64,000 nucleotides of DNA from Leptospira sp. (GTDB lineage: Bacteria; Spirochaetota; Leptospiria; Leptospirales; Leptospiraceae). The notes below the pieces were generated by a model. That model saw only the letters and a list, made by a program, of their open reading frames with translations. It was not told the origin of the DNA and did no database searches. Positions within the stretch are counted from its first letter, which is position 1. Every line of letters starts with the position of its first letter. The stretch spans positions 32,001 through 96,000 of the forward strand of contig JAWXAQ010000008.1 of the NCBI GenBank assembly GCA_034439575.1. Direction: 5' to 3'. Positions 63,569-64,000 of this stretch are shown one piece after another. Both the position numbers and the translations under genes were made by a program.

Positions 63569-64000
63569 TTGTCTTCTCTGAAATCAATTTTAATTGATGA
63601 AAGAAATCGACCCCTTGTTTTAGATCCGATTTCTAGATTTCATTCTTTTATGGAGTGGAATCTCGGCGGTCTGAATTTAATTCAAAAATTAAAATTAAAA
63701 AATCGAAATCACCGCCTATACTATGCTTGTCGAGATAATGATTTCCAAAATTTGATATTAAATCGTTATCCTGATATTTTACCCTTTGAAAACAAACCGG
63801 TTGATGAAGTTTTGACACCTGACAACTATTTGCCTTGGGATTTACAAAGAAGTGTGACATCAATCATTGAAGACGCCTTAGTCTTAAATCGAGAATGGAA
63901 AAATTATAGAAAAAAATATTCAGTGAAATCTGCGGGATTTCATGTAATTGGAAAAGATAAACATCTTTATATTCATCCCTCAGCTAAAGTTTATCCAGGT
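63569..64000 (+). CDS. putative GlmU-related sugar nucleotidyl/acetyltransferase (3'-truncated; absent from the ORF track)
   Basis: Open frame from TTG 2 nt after the glmS stop to the window end: MSSLKSILIDERNRPLVLDPISRFHSFMEW...LYIHPSAKVYPG, which looks like the start of hexapeptide repeats. Fits glmM-glmS context. Confidence 0.65.
   Translation, partial: MSSLKSILIDERNRPLVLDPISRFHSFMEWNLGGLNLIQKLKLKNRNHRLYYACRDNDFQNLILNRYPDILPFENKPVDEVLTPDNYLPWDLQRSVTSIIEDALVLNREWKNYRKKYSVKSAGFHVIGKDKHLYIHPSAKVYPG

Noticed and set aside
1-64000. CRISPR arrays, IS elements, prophage, rRNA
   Set aside because: No regularly spaced repeats, transposase or phage genes, or rRNA-like sequence; nearly all of the window is accounted for by coding genes.

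Overview
AT-rich bacterial chromosomal segment, most likely from a Leptospira species (inferred from gene content and order, e.g. FYDLN-miaA-hfq-manC-cheW-phoU, pgsBCW, and many spirochaete-type lipoproteins). It is mostly housekeeping and signalling genes: fadH, nadB, pdxJ, miaA, hfq, gpmI, mpl, pheS, rpsT, tRNA-Val, glmM, glmS, two-component systems and a Gld-like ABC system. I saw no IS element, prophage or CRISPR array. Points of interest: (1) an AT-rich four-gene operon at 22957-27382 (atypical enolase-superfamily enzyme, GH3 acyl-adenylate ligase, carboxyl methyltransferase, ERG25-like di-iron hydroxylase) that looks like an uncharacterised small-molecule or lipid-conjugate pathway, divergent from an Old Yellow Enzyme; (2) a short cobalamin riboswitch whose regulatory hairpin hides the AUG of a 12-codon uORF rather than the receptor start, upstream of a BtuB-like receptor and a possible BtuG-like lipoprotein; (3) a 30-aa bS22/mS38-like ribosomal protein gene missed by the ORF track; (4) several enzymes with substituted catalytic residues and an orphan nucleotidyltransferase; (5) recurrent hairpins overlapping stop codons. 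All calls come from motif recognition by eye; no database searches were run.
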